Shown here: one piece after another, positions 9,545 through 19,403 of the stretch | How the letters are laid out: the number at the start of each line of letters is the position of its first letter | Position numbering within the stretch: position 1 is the stretch's first letter | Origin: Escherichia phage Msk | Length of the DNA: 45,053 bases | Sequence record: MW057918 | Strand: one strand, 5' to 3' | Made by a program: the position numbers and the translations under genes | Notes under the pieces: model-generated | Databases searched by the model: none | What the model was told of the DNA's origin: nothing | What the model saw: only the letters and a program-made list of their open reading frames with translations

Positions 9545-9895
9545 ATGGCTATTGATACTTTTAACTGGTGCACGCAGATTCAGGGCGGGTCCGCATCTTT
9601 CAGTAACACAAACAACGTCCGCATTGTTAGCTTCGGTAATGGTTATGAGGCTAGAGGCACTGGCGGTTATCGCAGCAATAAGCGCAGCTACCAGATGACC
9701 TACACTAACAAGGACTGGAGAGATGTGATGGATTTCTGCCTCAACCACATCATTACCCCGTTCTTCTGGACTACGCCGCAGGGCGACACATCCATGTTCG
9801 TTATTCAGCAGGATAGTATTAGCGTTACACCAGTCAGTAAGGAAGTTCAGACTGTAAGCATGCAATTCGTAGAAGTATTTAGTTCAATGCGTTAA
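9545..9895 (+). CDS. Minor tail protein (lambda gpM-like)
   Basis: ATG at 9545 with AAGGA SD; about 117 aa, first gene after tape measure as in lambda M-L-K-I-J order. Confidence 0.5.
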   Translation: MAIDTFNWCTQIQGGSASFSNTNNVRIVSFGNGYEARGTGGYRSNKRSYQMTYTNKDWRDVMDFCLNHIITPFFWTTPQGDTSMFVIQQDSISVTPVSKEVQTVSMQFVEVFSSMR

Positions 9896-9898
9896 ACT

Positions 9899-9922
9899 AA
9901 GCCCCTATGCGGGGCTTTTTTA
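9899..9922 (+). terminator. Rho-independent terminator/attenuator
   Basis: agcccctatgcggggctttttt. Confidence 0.5.
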
Positions 9923-9934
9923 TTGGAGAAATAT

Positions 9935-10690
9935 ATGCTAAGTTCAAAGTTTGAAAATCAGTTGCAAAGCCTTTTCCCTGGCGAGATTGTGACGCTAATC
10001 CAGGTTGACGGAACCTCCTTCGGAAGTCTCGTTTACAACTTCCACAATGAGAACATTTCATACACGCCAGAAGAGATTATGATGGCTCAAATGAATGGCG
10101 AGCCACTACCAGAGAAGACTATTACATTTCGTGGTGAAGAGTATGGCCCCAGACCTTTTGGTATCTCGGGCATCAATATGACCTCTGACGGCAAGGCCAA
10201 CAAAGTTACGCTAACAGTATCAAACGTAGACCAGCGAATTAGCGCATTGATTCGAACATACAACGGACTTGTTAAAGCTAAGGTTACCATCTGGATTACT
10301 ACGCGAGACAACATCAACGAAGATGGAAGCATTGCTGATGGGGACTATCGCAGATTTGTTTACTTCATTGAGCGACCGAAGCAGGTTGATTACAAAACCG
10401 CATCATTTGAGCTAAGTAGCCCAATGGATATGGATGGCATTTACATCCCAGCGAGACCTGTTCAGTCTGTTTGCTATTTCGCCTCTAGGGGCTGGTATCG
10501 AAGTGGTAATGGTTGCACCTATGCTGGTAATAGATATTTCGACAAGGATGATAATCCAGTGGCGGACCCTTCATTAGACTTCTGTGCGGGGACTGTCAAT
10601 AGCTGCAAAATCAGGTTTGGTGAGAATAATCAGTTAGATTTCGGCGGTTGCGCTGCCGCAAGCCTTCAGGCTAAAGCCAACCAGAGTTAA
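9935..10690 (+). CDS. Minor tail protein (lambda gpL-like)
   Basis: ATG at 9935 after GGAGAAA; C-terminal Cys cluster as in gpL Fe-S region; position. Confidence 0.55.
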   Translation: MLSSKFENQLQSLFPGEIVTLIQVDGTSFGSLVYNFHNENISYTPEEIMMAQMNGEPLPEKTITFRGEEYGPRPFGISGINMTSDGKANKVTLTVSNVDQRISALIRTYNGLVKAKVTIWITTRDNINEDGSIADGDYRRFVYFIERPKQVDYKTASFELSSPMDMDGIYIPARPVQSVCYFASRGWYRSGNGCTYAGNRYFDKDDNPVADPSLDFCAGTVNSCKIRFGENNQLDFGGCAAASLQAKANQS

Positions 10691-10700
10691 GGGGGAGCAA

Positions 10701-11459
10701 ATGTTAACACCAAAAGTTAAGCTGCAAATATTCCAGCATGCAAAAGAAGTTTACCCGCACGAATGTTGCGGGGTTGTAACGCAGAAGGGCCGAGTCCAGA
10801 AATACCACAGAATCACCAATGCCAGTAAAGACCCAGAAAATGAGTTTATCCTTGATTCAAATGATTATTCTGATATCGCATTTGGCTTAGCTGACAATGA
10901 GTCAATTGTTTACGTAGTTCACTCCCACACGGGTGATGGAGTCACAACAAGACCTAGCCCAGCGGATATTTGCAGCTGCAACGAGTGTGAGATTCCTTAT
11001 GTTATCGTCAGCATTCCGGAGGGAGATATGCGCATCCTTGAGCCATCATCTATGCCACTGATTGGTCGCCCGTGGGGGCTTGGTAGCTTTGATTGCTGGG
11101 GGCTTGTGATGGAATTCCACAAGAAATACGGAGTAAAACTGAATGACTACCGCGTCAATTACCCGTGGTGGGAGAAACGGTACAATGAAAATATCTATGA
11201 CGACAACTGGATTAAGGAAGGATTTGAGCTGGTAAAAACTTCAGATATTCCTATTGGCTCGATGATTATGATGCAGGTGCAAAGCGAGGTGACAAACCAC
11301 GCAGGAATCTACATTGGCAATAACAGATTCATTCATCACCTTTATGGCAAAATGAGCTCCGTTGATATCTACTCCGATTACTGGCGAGAGCGCACAGTGC
11401 GAATCGTTCGCCATAAGGATTTACCAGAGGATGTAATTTATGACCCAGAAACTGATTGA
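10701..11459 (+). CDS. Tail tip assembly protein (lambda gpK-like; JAMM/MPN plus NlpC/P60-type domains)
   Basis: HSHTGDG...S..D JAMM-like motif and Cys/His-containing peptidase-like region; position. Confidence 0.6.
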   Translation: MLTPKVKLQIFQHAKEVYPHECCGVVTQKGRVQKYHRITNASKDPENEFILDSNDYSDIAFGLADNESIVYVVHSHTGDGVTTRPSPADICSCNECEIPYVIVSIPEGDMRILEPSSMPLIGRPWGLGSFDCWGLVMEFHKKYGVKLNDYRVNYPWWEKRYNENIYDDNWIKEGFELVKTSDIPIGSMIMMQVQSEVTNHAGIYIGNNRFIHHLYGKMSSVDIYSDYWRERTVRIVRHKDLPEDVIYDPETD

Positions 11460-12012
11460 TATTAAGTTAGGCTTGTCTCTAGGCCGCAAGTTTGGAAAGA
11501 TTCACCAGATGGCAGTGAATAGCGTGCCAGAGGCTATGCGAGCGCTTTGCTCTCAGATTCCTGCATTCAAGGAGTTCATGAGCAGCCACGTTGGGCAGAA
11601 CACAAGATACGCAGTCTTTGTAGATGGTAAAAATGTGAACGAGCATCGAATCTCTGATTTTAGTGCCGTTCAGGAGATACGCATCTTGCCAATCCCGCAA
11701 GGCAGAAAGTCCGGCGGTTTGTTTCAGACAATTTTAGGTGCAGCGCTTATCACGGTTGGCATCTTCACTGGGCAGATTTATCTTGTTGGTGCTGGCGTAT
11801 CTTTGGCAGCAGGTGGTATTGCCCAGCTACTCTCACCGCAGGCAACTGGATTAAAGACCCAGAACAACCAAACAAGCAACAGAGCATCTTACGCATTTGG
11901 CTCCGCTGTAAACACGGTGGCTGCTGGTTATCCTGTTTGCCTTCCTTACGGCTATCGGACGGTTGGAGGATCTGTGTTTAGTGCCGGCAGCTACGCTGAA
12001 GATAATGCTTAA
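11440..12012 (+). CDS. Tail assembly protein (lambda gpI-like)
   Basis: 190 aa, overlaps K-like gene, hydrophobic Gly/Ala-rich C-terminal half; position. Confidence 0.5.
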   Translation: MTQKLIDIKLGLSLGRKFGKIHQMAVNSVPEAMRALCSQIPAFKEFMSSHVGQNTRYAVFVDGKNVNEHRISDFSAVQEIRILPIPQGRKSGGLFQTILGAALITVGIFTGQIYLVGAGVSLAAGGIAQLLSPQATGLKTQNNQTSNRASYAFGSAVNTVAAGYPVCLPYGYRTVGGSVFSAGSYAEDNA

Positions 12013-12019
12013 ATATCAT

Positions 12020-12043
12020 ACCCGCCTAGTGCGGGTTTTTTAT
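12020..12043 (+). terminator. Hairpin with U-run between I-like and J-like genes
   Basis: cccgcctagtgcgggtttttt. Confidence 0.45.
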
Positions 12044-12053
12044 TTAGTGTAGA

Positions 12054-15000
12054 ATGGCACAAATGATCAAAACAAACATGAGGCTTTGTGATATGGCTGA
12101 AGATATTAAGATTTATGGTGCTAAAGGCGGCAGCCAGAAGCAGCATCAACCAGTGGAGCAGGAAGACAACCTGATTTCATTAAACAAGGTCAAGGTATTA
12201 CTTGCGGTTGCTGACGGCGAGGTTGACCCTAACTTCTCAATGAAAGATTTATACCTTGCTGACGTTCCGGTGCAAAACCAGGATGGTAGCTACAATTATG
12301 AGGGTGTTCGCGCTGAGTTCCGTGCTGGCACGCAGTATCAGGACTATATCGCCGGGCTTGACGGTGCTAACTCAGAGATTCAGGCATCCAGAGAAATCAA
12401 GAACGATACCCCGTACATCATTGCGGTTAACAATACTCAGCTTTCAGCAATTCGAGTTAAGCTATTCTGGCCTCGACTGGTCAAGCAAGAGAGCAACGGT
12501 GACCTGAACGGAACTACATGTGAGTATGCAATTGATCTTTCTGTTAATGGTGGCGCTTATCAGGAATATACTCGCGGAGTTGCTAACGGCAAGACCACTA
12601 CAGGTTACGACCGCAGCATTCGCGTGAACCTTCCGGCTGAATTTGATAGCGCACTGGTTCGCATCCGTAAGATCACACCAGACTCAACAAGTAGCACCCT
12701 GGTTAACGGAATGCAGATAACAACCTATCAGGAGGTAATCGACGCTAAATTCCGCTATCCGCTTACAGCCCTGGTTTATGTTGAGTTCGGCTCTGACCTT
12801 TTCCCTAACGGGATTCCAACAATCTCAATCAAGAAGAGATGGAAGCTGATTCAGGTCCCAACTAACTACGACCCTGAAACCAGAACTTACAGCGGGACAT
12901 GGAATGGCCTATTCAAAATGGCATGGTCAAACAACCCAGCGTGGGTTCTGTATGACTTAGTGACAAACCGCCGCTACGGTCTTGATCAGCGAGAGTTGGG
13001 TGTAGAGATTGATAAGTGGGGCCTGTATGAAGCCGCGCAATTCTGTGACCAGATGGTTCCTGATGGTAAGGGTGGAATGGAGCCGCGCTACCTGTGCGAC
13101 ATGGTTGTACAGAATAAAGTTGAGGCTTACACGCTAATTCGTGACATCTGCTCAATCTTCCGTGGCCTGACTTTCTATGACGGCGAAAAGATTGGTATTG
13201 TGGTTGATAAGCCACGCAACCCATCATACATCTTCACGAATGATAACGTTGTTAATGGATTGTTCAGCCGCACATTTGCCAGTGATAAGAGCCTTTACAC
13301 CACTGCAAACGTTCAGTTTGATGATGTTGAGAACAACTATCAGCAAGATGTTGAGCCTGTTTTTGAGCTCGAGGCCACTCGCCGATTCGGCTTCAATCCA
13401 GTCGACCTTACGGCAATCGGCTGCACTCGAAGAAGTGAAGCAAACAGACGCGGCAGATGGCTCCTAAAAACCAATCTGAGAAGCGAAACTATCAGCTTCA
13501 CCACTGGGTTGGAGGGCATGATTCCGATGATTGGCGAGGTGATTGCGGTCAATGATGCTGCATGGTCTAGCAACTATCAGCTAAACCTTTCCGGTCGTAT
13601 TGAATCAGTTCAGGGGTTGCAGGTTTTTACCCCGTTTAAAGTTGACGCAGCGCCAGGTGACAGAATTCTTCTGAACAAACCCGACGGAAGCCCTGAAGCA
13701 AGAACTATTGCCAGCATTTCGGAAGACGGTAGAACCATCAACCTGAACACGGCGTTCAGCTTTGTAGCTCAGCCTGATACTGTGTTCGCAATTGATAAGG
13801 ATAATCTGGCACTTCAGCAATATGTTGTGACCGGTATTCAAAAAGCAGATACTGATGGTAAGGACTCATTCCAGTATACGATTACTGCGGTAGAGTACGA
13901 CCCTAACAAGTATGACGAGATCGACTACGGCGTTAACATTGCTGACCGCCCGACTTCAATTGTAGAGCCTGACAGATTATCGCCACCAGAAAACCTGACG
14001 GTATCAAGCTACAGTAAGGTTGTTCAGGGTTTATCAGTTGAGACGATGGTTATCGGATGGGATAAGGCTCCATACGCAAAAACCTACAATGTTCAGTGGA
14101 GGAAAGAGAATGGCAACTGGATTAACGTACCAAGAACAGCTAGTACAGAGGTTGATATCGAAGGTATTTACGCAGGAATCTATGACGTTAGGGTTCGCAG
14201 CGTATCAGATACTGAAAACGTGTCTGCCTGGTCTGATATTGTAACGGTATCGCTAACTGGCAAGATTGGTCGCCCATCTGCGCCTACGGTTATCACGGCG
14301 TCAACTGATGAGGTATTTGGCATCCGTGTTAAATGGGGATTCCCTGATGGCTCTGGTGATACTGCTTACACTGAGCTTCAGCAGGTTCCTGATAATGGCG
14401 ATGGTACTTACAATCCTGATAACGCAAGCTTGCTGACGTTGCTGCCTTATCCAGCCTATGAATACTGGCATACTCCTATTCAGCCAGGTAAGGTTATCTG
14501 GTATCGCGCAAGATTGATTGACAGAATAGGTAATACGTCTGATTGGTCTAGTTTCGCAAGAGGCATGAGTACTGACGACGAAAACATTATCAATGATTAC
14601 ATCAAAGTTGATATTGAAGGCTCAGAAGGATTCAAATACCTCGAGCAGAATGCGATTCAAAAGAATCAGGACATTCAGAACCAGGCAGAATCAATTCTTG
14701 AGAACGCATTAGCTAATGACACTGATGTTCGTCGCATGACTAAGGAGAACGGCAAACGTAAGGCTGAATATGTTCAGGCTGTTAATCTCATAGCCGATGA
14801 GACTCAGGCGCGTGTAGAGGCTCTCGCAGCTCTTAAAGCGCAGATAGATGATGAAGTTGTAGCATCGATTACAGAAGTTCAGACAGCGCTAGCCACCGAG
14901 ACAGAAGCAAGGACTACTGCAGACACGGCTCTATCAGCAAGATTGGGTGATAACGAGGCGGCACTAAACCAGAAACTGGATGCTTTCTCTAATGCCACAT

Positions 15001-15479
15001 CCACTGGTGTGCAGTACGGAATTAGTCTTGGCCTTAAATACAATGGACAGACTTATTCATCCGGCATGAGTATGGAGCTTGTTGGCACTGGTGGTAATGT
15101 TCGCAGTCAGTTCATCTTTGACGCAAACAGATTCGCAATCAGTAATGGTATTGGTTCTGGCTCCGGTCAATGGCAGCTCCCCTTCGTTGTCGAGAACGGA
15201 AACGTAATGATCCAAAGCGCAGTAATCGGAGATGGCTCAATTACTAACGCGAAGATTGGTAACAGGATTCAATCTAACAGCTACGTTCCTGGCTCTCAAG
15301 GATGGGCGATTGACAAGTCAGGAAGTGCGGAATTTAGTAACGCCACTGTAATGGGTAACCTGTATGCCAATAATGGTAACTTCGCATTTAACGGAACCAA
15401 TAACACGGTTCAGATTAACAATAACGGAATCACTGTAAACTTACCGAACGGAGGAAGAGTGGTAGTTGGAGTGTGGTAA
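12054..15479 (+). CDS. Central tail fiber / host specificity protein (lambda gpJ-like)
   Basis: 1141-aa ORF at end of tail cluster; size and position match gpJ. Confidence 0.75.
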   Translation: MAQMIKTNMRLCDMAEDIKIYGAKGGSQKQHQPVEQEDNLISLNKVKVLLAVADGEVDPNFSMKDLYLADVPVQNQDGSYNYEGVRAEFRAGTQYQDYIAGLDGANSEIQASREIKNDTPYIIAVNNTQLSAIRVKLFWPRLVKQESNGDLNGTTCEYAIDLSVNGGAYQEYTRGVANGKTTTGYDRSIRVNLPAEFDSALVRIRKITPDSTSSTLVNGMQITTYQEVIDAKFRYPLTALVYVEFGSDLFPNGIPTISIKKRWKLIQVPTNYDPETRTYSGTWNGLFKMAWSNNPAWVLYDLVTNRRYGLDQRELGVEIDKWGLYEAAQFCDQMVPDGKGGMEPRYLCDMVVQNKVEAYTLIRDICSIFRGLTFYDGEKIGIVVDKPRNPSYIFTNDNVVNGLFSRTFASDKSLYTTANVQFDDVENNYQQDVEPVFELEATRRFGFNPVDLTAIGCTRRSEANRRGRWLLKTNLRSETISFTTGLEGMIPMIGEVIAVNDAAWSSNYQLNLSGRIESVQGLQVFTPFKVDAAPGDRILLNKPDGSPEARTIASISEDGRTINLNTAFSFVAQPDTVFAIDKDNLALQQYVVTGIQKADTDGKDSFQYTITAVEYDPNKYDEIDYGVNIADRPTSIVEPDRLSPPENLTVSSYSKVVQGLSVETMVIGWDKAPYAKTYNVQWRKENGNWINVPRTASTEVDIEGIYAGIYDVRVRSVSDTENVSAWSDIVTVSLTGKIGRPSAPTVITASTDEVFGIRVKWGFPDGSGDTAYTELQQVPDNGDGTYNPDNASLLTLLPYPAYEYWHTPIQPGKVIWYRARLIDRIGNTSDWSSFARGMSTDDENIINDYIKVDIEGSEGFKYLEQNAIQKNQDIQNQAESILENALANDTDVRRMTKENGKRKAEYVQAVNLIADETQARVEALAALKAQIDDEVVASITEVQTALATETEARTTADTALSARLGDNEAALNQKLDAFSNATSTGVQYGISLGLKYNGQTYSSGMSMELVGTGGNVRSQFIFDANRFAISNGIGSGSGQWQLPFVVENGNVMIQSAVIGDGSITNAKIGNRIQSNSYVPGSQGWAIDKSGSAEFSNATVMGNLYANNGNFAFNGTNNTVQINNNGITVNLPNGGRVVVGVW

Positions 15480-15483
15480 TAAA

Positions 15484-15512
15484 TAAAGCCCCTTAATTGG
15501 GGCTTTTCTTTT
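15484..15512. terminator. Bidirectional rho-independent terminator between convergent genes
   Basis: aagccccttaattggggctttt with A-run upstream and T-run downstream. Confidence 0.6.
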
Positions 15513-16482
15513 AGTAGAAGTTTGGAATGAATGGAAGTTCCATTGATATGTTCGTGTCGAAAGGAAACCGAGCGCCTGATTGCGTCGAGTAGTTACCAAT
15601 TACAGAGCCAGGAACAGCCCTAACAGAGCCTCCAGACATGCAGACCCCCTTGTACCTTAAGTTGTTATAACCTCCAGTAACTCTAGTCGTAGCGCCGCAT
15701 CTAAGCAGCGGGAAGAATCCACCATTTATTGACTGGTATCCATTATTGATCTGAATGAATCCACCAAGAACAAATGGGCGGCGAACACTTGAAAAAACAA
15801 TCTGACCAGAACTATTCGACATTGTTAGTCCTGGTCCGGCTGGTGGGGGTTCATTTCTGAATATCACCAACTGAACATAAGTACTTGCCGCAATATCATC
15901 TGTACCTCCGTAGGTTATATCCCTACACCATATTGTTGATCCATCTGATTCAAGTGATACGTTTGGATTATCCCACTTGCCGAATGGTATGCCGCTAACT
16001 GGTAGCGATGCCGCCCTGTTAACCTGTATTCCTCCAACCCATGCTGCTGACATTAGTCTAGAGTTGCTTGATATAGCAAGGAAATCAGTTGAGTTTTCAA
16101 CGAGTATCCCTGGGCTTGATGAAGATGATGCTGGTAGAATTTCAAAGCAATTCCCAGCAAAGTCAATTATTCGACCTTTAGCACCATTGAAGTTGCTGAG
16201 CGTTATCCTACCAGTGCCGTCATTTACCTTTTGAAACCCGTTCATGTAATAAACTTCGGGTATAACATCATAAGCGTCAACGTGGACTGCCTTCGTTGGT
16301 ATGCAGAAAGCCGTAGAACCGGGGGACATTGTCAATCCAAAATCCCACGAACTTGCTGGGGTTGAAAGTCCATTGGTATTTATTGATCCAGTCACAGCAG
16401 GCGCCCTTAATCCTGCCGTTATTTCCATCGCTGGTCTTCCGTCATTGAGGTCAATCAATATACCCTGCGGCATTATTTCCAC
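15511..16482 (-). CDS. Putative receptor-binding / tail fibre-like protein (Gly/Ser/Thr/Asn-rich)
   Basis: 323-aa beta-rich composition; convergent with J-like gene; cotranscribed with and overlapping the lipoprotein gene by 10 nt. Confidence 0.35.
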   Translation of the reverse strand: MEIMPQGILIDLNDGRPAMEITAGLRAPAVTGSINTNGLSTPASSWDFGLTMSPGSTAFCIPTKAVHVDAYDVIPEVYYMNGFQKVNDGTGRITLSNFNGAKGRIIDFAGNCFEILPASSSSSPGILVENSTDFLAISSNSRLMSAAWVGGIQVNRAASLPVSGIPFGKWDNPNVSLESDGSTIWCRDITYGGTDDIAASTYVQLVIFRNEPPPAGPGLTMSNSSGQIVFSSVRRPFVLGGFIQINNGYQSINGGFFPLLRCGATTRVTGGYNNLRYKGVCMSGGSVRAVPGSVIGNYSTQSGARFPFDTNISMELPFIPNFY

Positions 16483-16718
16483 TCCTTACTGCCATGATCT
16501 GCAACAGATCCGCCGTAACCTCCGCCAGCTTTGCTTTCAATGCCAGCGTATCGAATATCAACCTCACCAGCCGGAACAACCAAACCGCCTTTCCACTTAG
16601 CTACGCACACGCCGTTTGCTTGCGTTGCACACCAACCATCAGGACGGGGACCTGATGAACAACCAACTGCCATGATTACTGCTGCTGCGATGATTGCTGA
16701 TTTGATGAAGTTATTCAT
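16473..16718 (-). CDS. Lipoprotein, putative superinfection-exclusion (Cor/Llp-like)
   Basis: ATG at 16718 with AAGGAA SD; signal peptide ending in lipobox AVGC followed by Cys-containing mature part; ORF-track 5' extension rejected. Confidence 0.5.
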   Translation of the reverse strand: MNNFIKSAIIAAAVIMAVGCSSGPRPDGWCATQANGVCVAKWKGGLVVPAGEVDIRYAGIESKAGGGYGGSVADHGSKEWK

Positions 16719-16756
16719 TTTGTATTCCTTAGTAATTTCGTTTCGATGGAGTAATA

Positions 16757-16800
16757 GTATCGCATCCTTGCGATCAGTGTTTAGCAATTCGTGCTATTTA
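16757..16800 (-). promoter_or_regulatory. Motif-class promoter (TAAATAGCACGAATTGCTAA, 22 bp, TACTAT) for lipoprotein operon
   Basis: Perfect motif on minus strand at 16781-16800, hexamer 22 bp downstream, conserved leader ccatcgaaacga. Confidence 0.5.
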
Positions 16801-17473
16801 TTCTTTCTTTCGCAATTTTAAAGTAATCCGAATCAAGCTCTATACCTATAAAGCTCCTTCTTGTATTGACGCATGCCACGCCAGTGGTTCCGCTACCCAT
16901 GCAGTTATCAAGAACTGTATCCCCTTCGTTTGTATATGTATTAATCAGGTATTCCATTAACGCTACGGGCTTTTGGGTAGGGTGTGCGCCTGTTTCTGTT
17001 GCGAATTCAAGAATTGTGGTTGGGTATCCAGTAACTGTTTGTCTTGTTGTCTTACTGCACTCATTGTAATTTCCGCGATTGGTTCTTGAAACCATCACAT
17101 CCGTTTGCCTTGTCCCTTGCGGGTTGTATGTTGGCTGATTTGCATAAAACACCGCTATATCTTCAGTGTTTATAAGTGGTTGCTTTTTCGCATTTAGATG
17201 TCCAGTAGGTTTTGATTTTTTCCAAATCCAGCAATATTTAAATTCCTTTAGATTGCTTGTTATCAGCGCGGACGTGAAAGGCTGTGCGCAAGTAAGAACA
17301 ACCGCCCCACGGCTTATGCGGCGGTATTGACGCCAAAGTAACCGCAAATCGATGATGACATCCCATCTGTTTCTCGTTGTTCCATACGGCAAATCACATA
17401 AAATAAGGTCTATACTCTTGTCTGGGATATCATTCATCATCTCTAAGCAGTCGCCATTCATTAATTTAATCAT
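16781..17473 (-). CDS. DNA methyltransferase, beta-class N6-adenine/N4-cytosine type (DPPY motif before FxGxG motif)
   Basis: [10 protein letters not shown] (motif IV) near N-terminus, NCMGSGTTG (motif I) near C-terminus, PTQKP segment; no adjacent restriction gene. Confidence 0.8.
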   Translation of the reverse strand: MIKLMNGDCLEMMNDIPDKSIDLILCDLPYGTTRNRWDVIIDLRLLWRQYRRISRGAVVLTCAQPFTSALITSNLKEFKYCWIWKKSKPTGHLNAKKQPLINTEDIAVFYANQPTYNPQGTRQTDVMVSRTNRGNYNECSKTTRQTVTGYPTTILEFATETGAHPTQKPVALMEYLINTYTNEGDTVLDNCMGSGTTGVACVNTRRSFIGIELDSDYFKIAKERINSTNC

Positions 17474-17511
17474 TTTCTATCTCTCTCTTCGTGTTTTTGA
17501 TGTGGTAATAA

Positions 17512-17553
17512 TACAGCCGCCGCTGCGGAATGTCTTTAGCTATTCGTGCTATT
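17512..17553 (-). promoter_or_regulatory. Motif-class promoter (variant AATAGCACGAATAGCTAA) for methyltransferase gene
   Basis: Variant motif at 17536-17553 on minus strand, tattat about 23 bp downstream. Confidence 0.4.
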
Positions 17554-17610
17554 GTATACGCGTAATCGATGTAACTCGATGTATACAATTTCATCCGCGG
17601 AAAATGGTAT

Positions 17611-17706
17611 ACGCGCTGTTACGCCAATTTACGCATTAGTTACATTGAAATATCTATATATATCAACCTTTTACTCTTATTATTATTATTATACATATTA
17701 CTGTGT
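17611..17706. repeat. AT-rich intergenic block with (TTA)n microsatellite; homologous to 36971-37073
   Basis: tatctatatatatcaacc...ttattattattatta shared with second locus; several GTATAC palindromes nearby. Confidence 0.6.
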
Positions 17707-17947
17707 ATATCATGTAACTACTTCTATAGAGCGTTCCGGTTATAATTTTAATATCATGTGGATTTATACAGTATTGCGTGGCAGCTATACTAATGCACCC
17801 CCTGCAAGAAACGGTATACACGATATACACGATGGTTACATTTAGCTATAGCTGGGATGAGATGCCATTTTACGTAACAAGTGGCAATGCCTACACGGAA
17901 TTACAATGATTCGCACGTAAACTTAAATCAACGATTGGCAAAACCAA

Positions 17948-17975
17948 TTGGACTGGTTACCGTGCTGAATATATA
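17948..17975 (+). promoter_or_regulatory. Sigma70-like early promoter (-35 TTGGAC, 16-bp spacer, -10 TATATA) for plus-strand operon starting at 18015
   Basis: Hexamers at canonical spacing about 40 bp upstream of first ATG. Confidence 0.4.
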
Positions 17976-18014
17976 GTTAACCCATCTAAAGCAAACAACC
18001 AGAGAGATACAGAA

Positions 18015-18209
18015 ATGACCCACTACATTATCAAAGAGAAAAACAACGCACTGTTCGGTGATTGCTACTTTGGTGGCCCTGCTGGATACACCACAGATAA
18101 GAGTGAAGCTGACAGATTCGAGACTAAAGAAGAAGCCCGAGATGTGCTGACTGGCTACTTCACCGAGGAAGACCTCAAGTCTGTTAAAGTAGTTAAGGTT
18201 AAGGAATAG
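18015..18209 (+). CDS. Hypothetical small protein
   Basis: 64-aa ORF, first gene of plus-strand early operon. Confidence 0.4.
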   Translation: MTHYIIKEKNNALFGDCYFGGPAGYTTDKSEADRFETKEEARDVLTGYFTEEDLKSVKVVKVKE

Positions 18210-18212
18210 GAT

Positions 18213-19178
18213 ATGAGCTTTAAAGTTTTTACGAGAAATGAGCTAAGCAACGAGGCTTACCACTCTGAGACTGATCACATCTCAGGATCCTCACTTGTCG
18301 AGATTATTCAGGGTTCACCAGCCAAGTGGAAATTCAAGCAGCGCAATAGCGATAGCAAGGCTCTTAAGTTTGGCACCCTAAGCCACACGATGATTTTAGA
18401 GCAAGATGTATTTGATAAAGAATACCTTCGAGCTACAGACCTTGACGCGATTGAAGGATTAATTACAAGCCAGGCTGGACTGTCGGCAGCACTTAAAAAA
18501 AATGGCGTGGCTGGCACGTCCGGGAAGGGCTGTAGCGAGCTCGTGGAGATGATGTACAGCTCTGGCGAGGATTGGCCTGTTAAATGGCTAATTGAGCAGC
18601 AGGAGAGCGCTCAAGCGCTTGTGGAGGGTAAGGAGCTAGTTAGTGCCGCTGACTACGATAAAGTTGTGGCTATGCGTGAGGTTCTTTGCAATATACCGGC
18701 ATATAATGCAATCGTGAATAGTGAGACAGCACAAAAAGAGCTATCAATATTCGGTGAGATTCTTGGTGTCGGCGTGAAGATTCGAATTGACCACGTTGAC
18801 GTTGTTGATGGGGTGGTAATGATCAACGATTATAAAACTACCGCAGACGCAAGCCCGGAAGGGTTTGGTAAATCGGCATTCTCGCACGGATATCTTGCAA
18901 AAATGGCATTGCAGCGAGATCTGTTTGTGAAGGCATTTAACGAGAAGCGCAAGGTTGTTGTGGGATTACTGGCACAGGAGAAGGTAGAGCCATACTTGCC
19001 AATGCGATACACGCTAACAGATGAACAGCTACGAATCGGTAGATTGCAGTATCTTGAGGCGCTTGCCACTTACAAGAAGTGCAAGGAGCTTGATATCTGG
19101 CCTGGCTACTCAAATGGCATTACAGAGCAAGAGCTATTGGTTCCTGAGTGGGCATTAAAACAATACAAAGAAATCTAA
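18213..19178 (+). CDS. PD-(D/E)xK family exonuclease (recombination exonuclease)
   Basis: IDHVD...MINDYKT nuclease motif; followed by annealing protein and SSB. Confidence 0.65.
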   Translation: MSFKVFTRNELSNEAYHSETDHISGSSLVEIIQGSPAKWKFKQRNSDSKALKFGTLSHTMILEQDVFDKEYLRATDLDAIEGLITSQAGLSAALKKNGVAGTSGKGCSELVEMMYSSGEDWPVKWLIEQQESAQALVEGKELVSAADYDKVVAMREVLCNIPAYNAIVNSETAQKELSIFGEILGVGVKIRIDHVDVVDGVVMINDYKTTADASPEGFGKSAFSHGYLAKMALQRDLFVKAFNEKRKVVVGLLAQEKVEPYLPMRYTLTDEQLRIGRLQYLEALATYKKCKELDIWPGYSNGITEQELLVPEWALKQYKEI

Positions 19179-19222
19179 ATAGCACTAATTGCTAAAAACA
19201 AAATTGAAAGATTGGGTATGAT
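19177..19222 (+). promoter_or_regulatory. Motif-class promoter (AAATAGCACTAATTGCTAAA, 22 bp, TATGAT)
   Basis: Motif overlaps exonuclease stop codon; hexamer at 19217-19222; leader taccacatcaacaacgaacgagg. Confidence 0.45.
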
Positions 19223-19253
19223 TACCACATCAACAACGAACGAGGTTAATCTA

Positions 19254-19403
19254 ATGAAAGTCTACATTGTAACGTCACACGATCAATATGATTACGATAC
19301 AGAAATTGTGTCCGCATTCCTTAGTGAAGAACTAGCAAGTGCATTTATTGACAAGTCAATCTTGCCATGCCTAATGATTGAAGAAGTGGAGGTATCTGAG
19401 TAA
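19254..19403 (+). CDS. Hypothetical small acidic protein (MKVYI family; paralog of 35622-35801)
   Basis: ATG at 19254 downstream of motif promoter; N-terminus MKVYIVTSHDQYDYD resembles MKVYILNGYTNYDGF of minus-strand ORF. Confidence 0.45.
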   Translation: MKVYIVTSHDQYDYDTEIVSAFLSEELASAFIDKSILPCLMIEEVEVSE

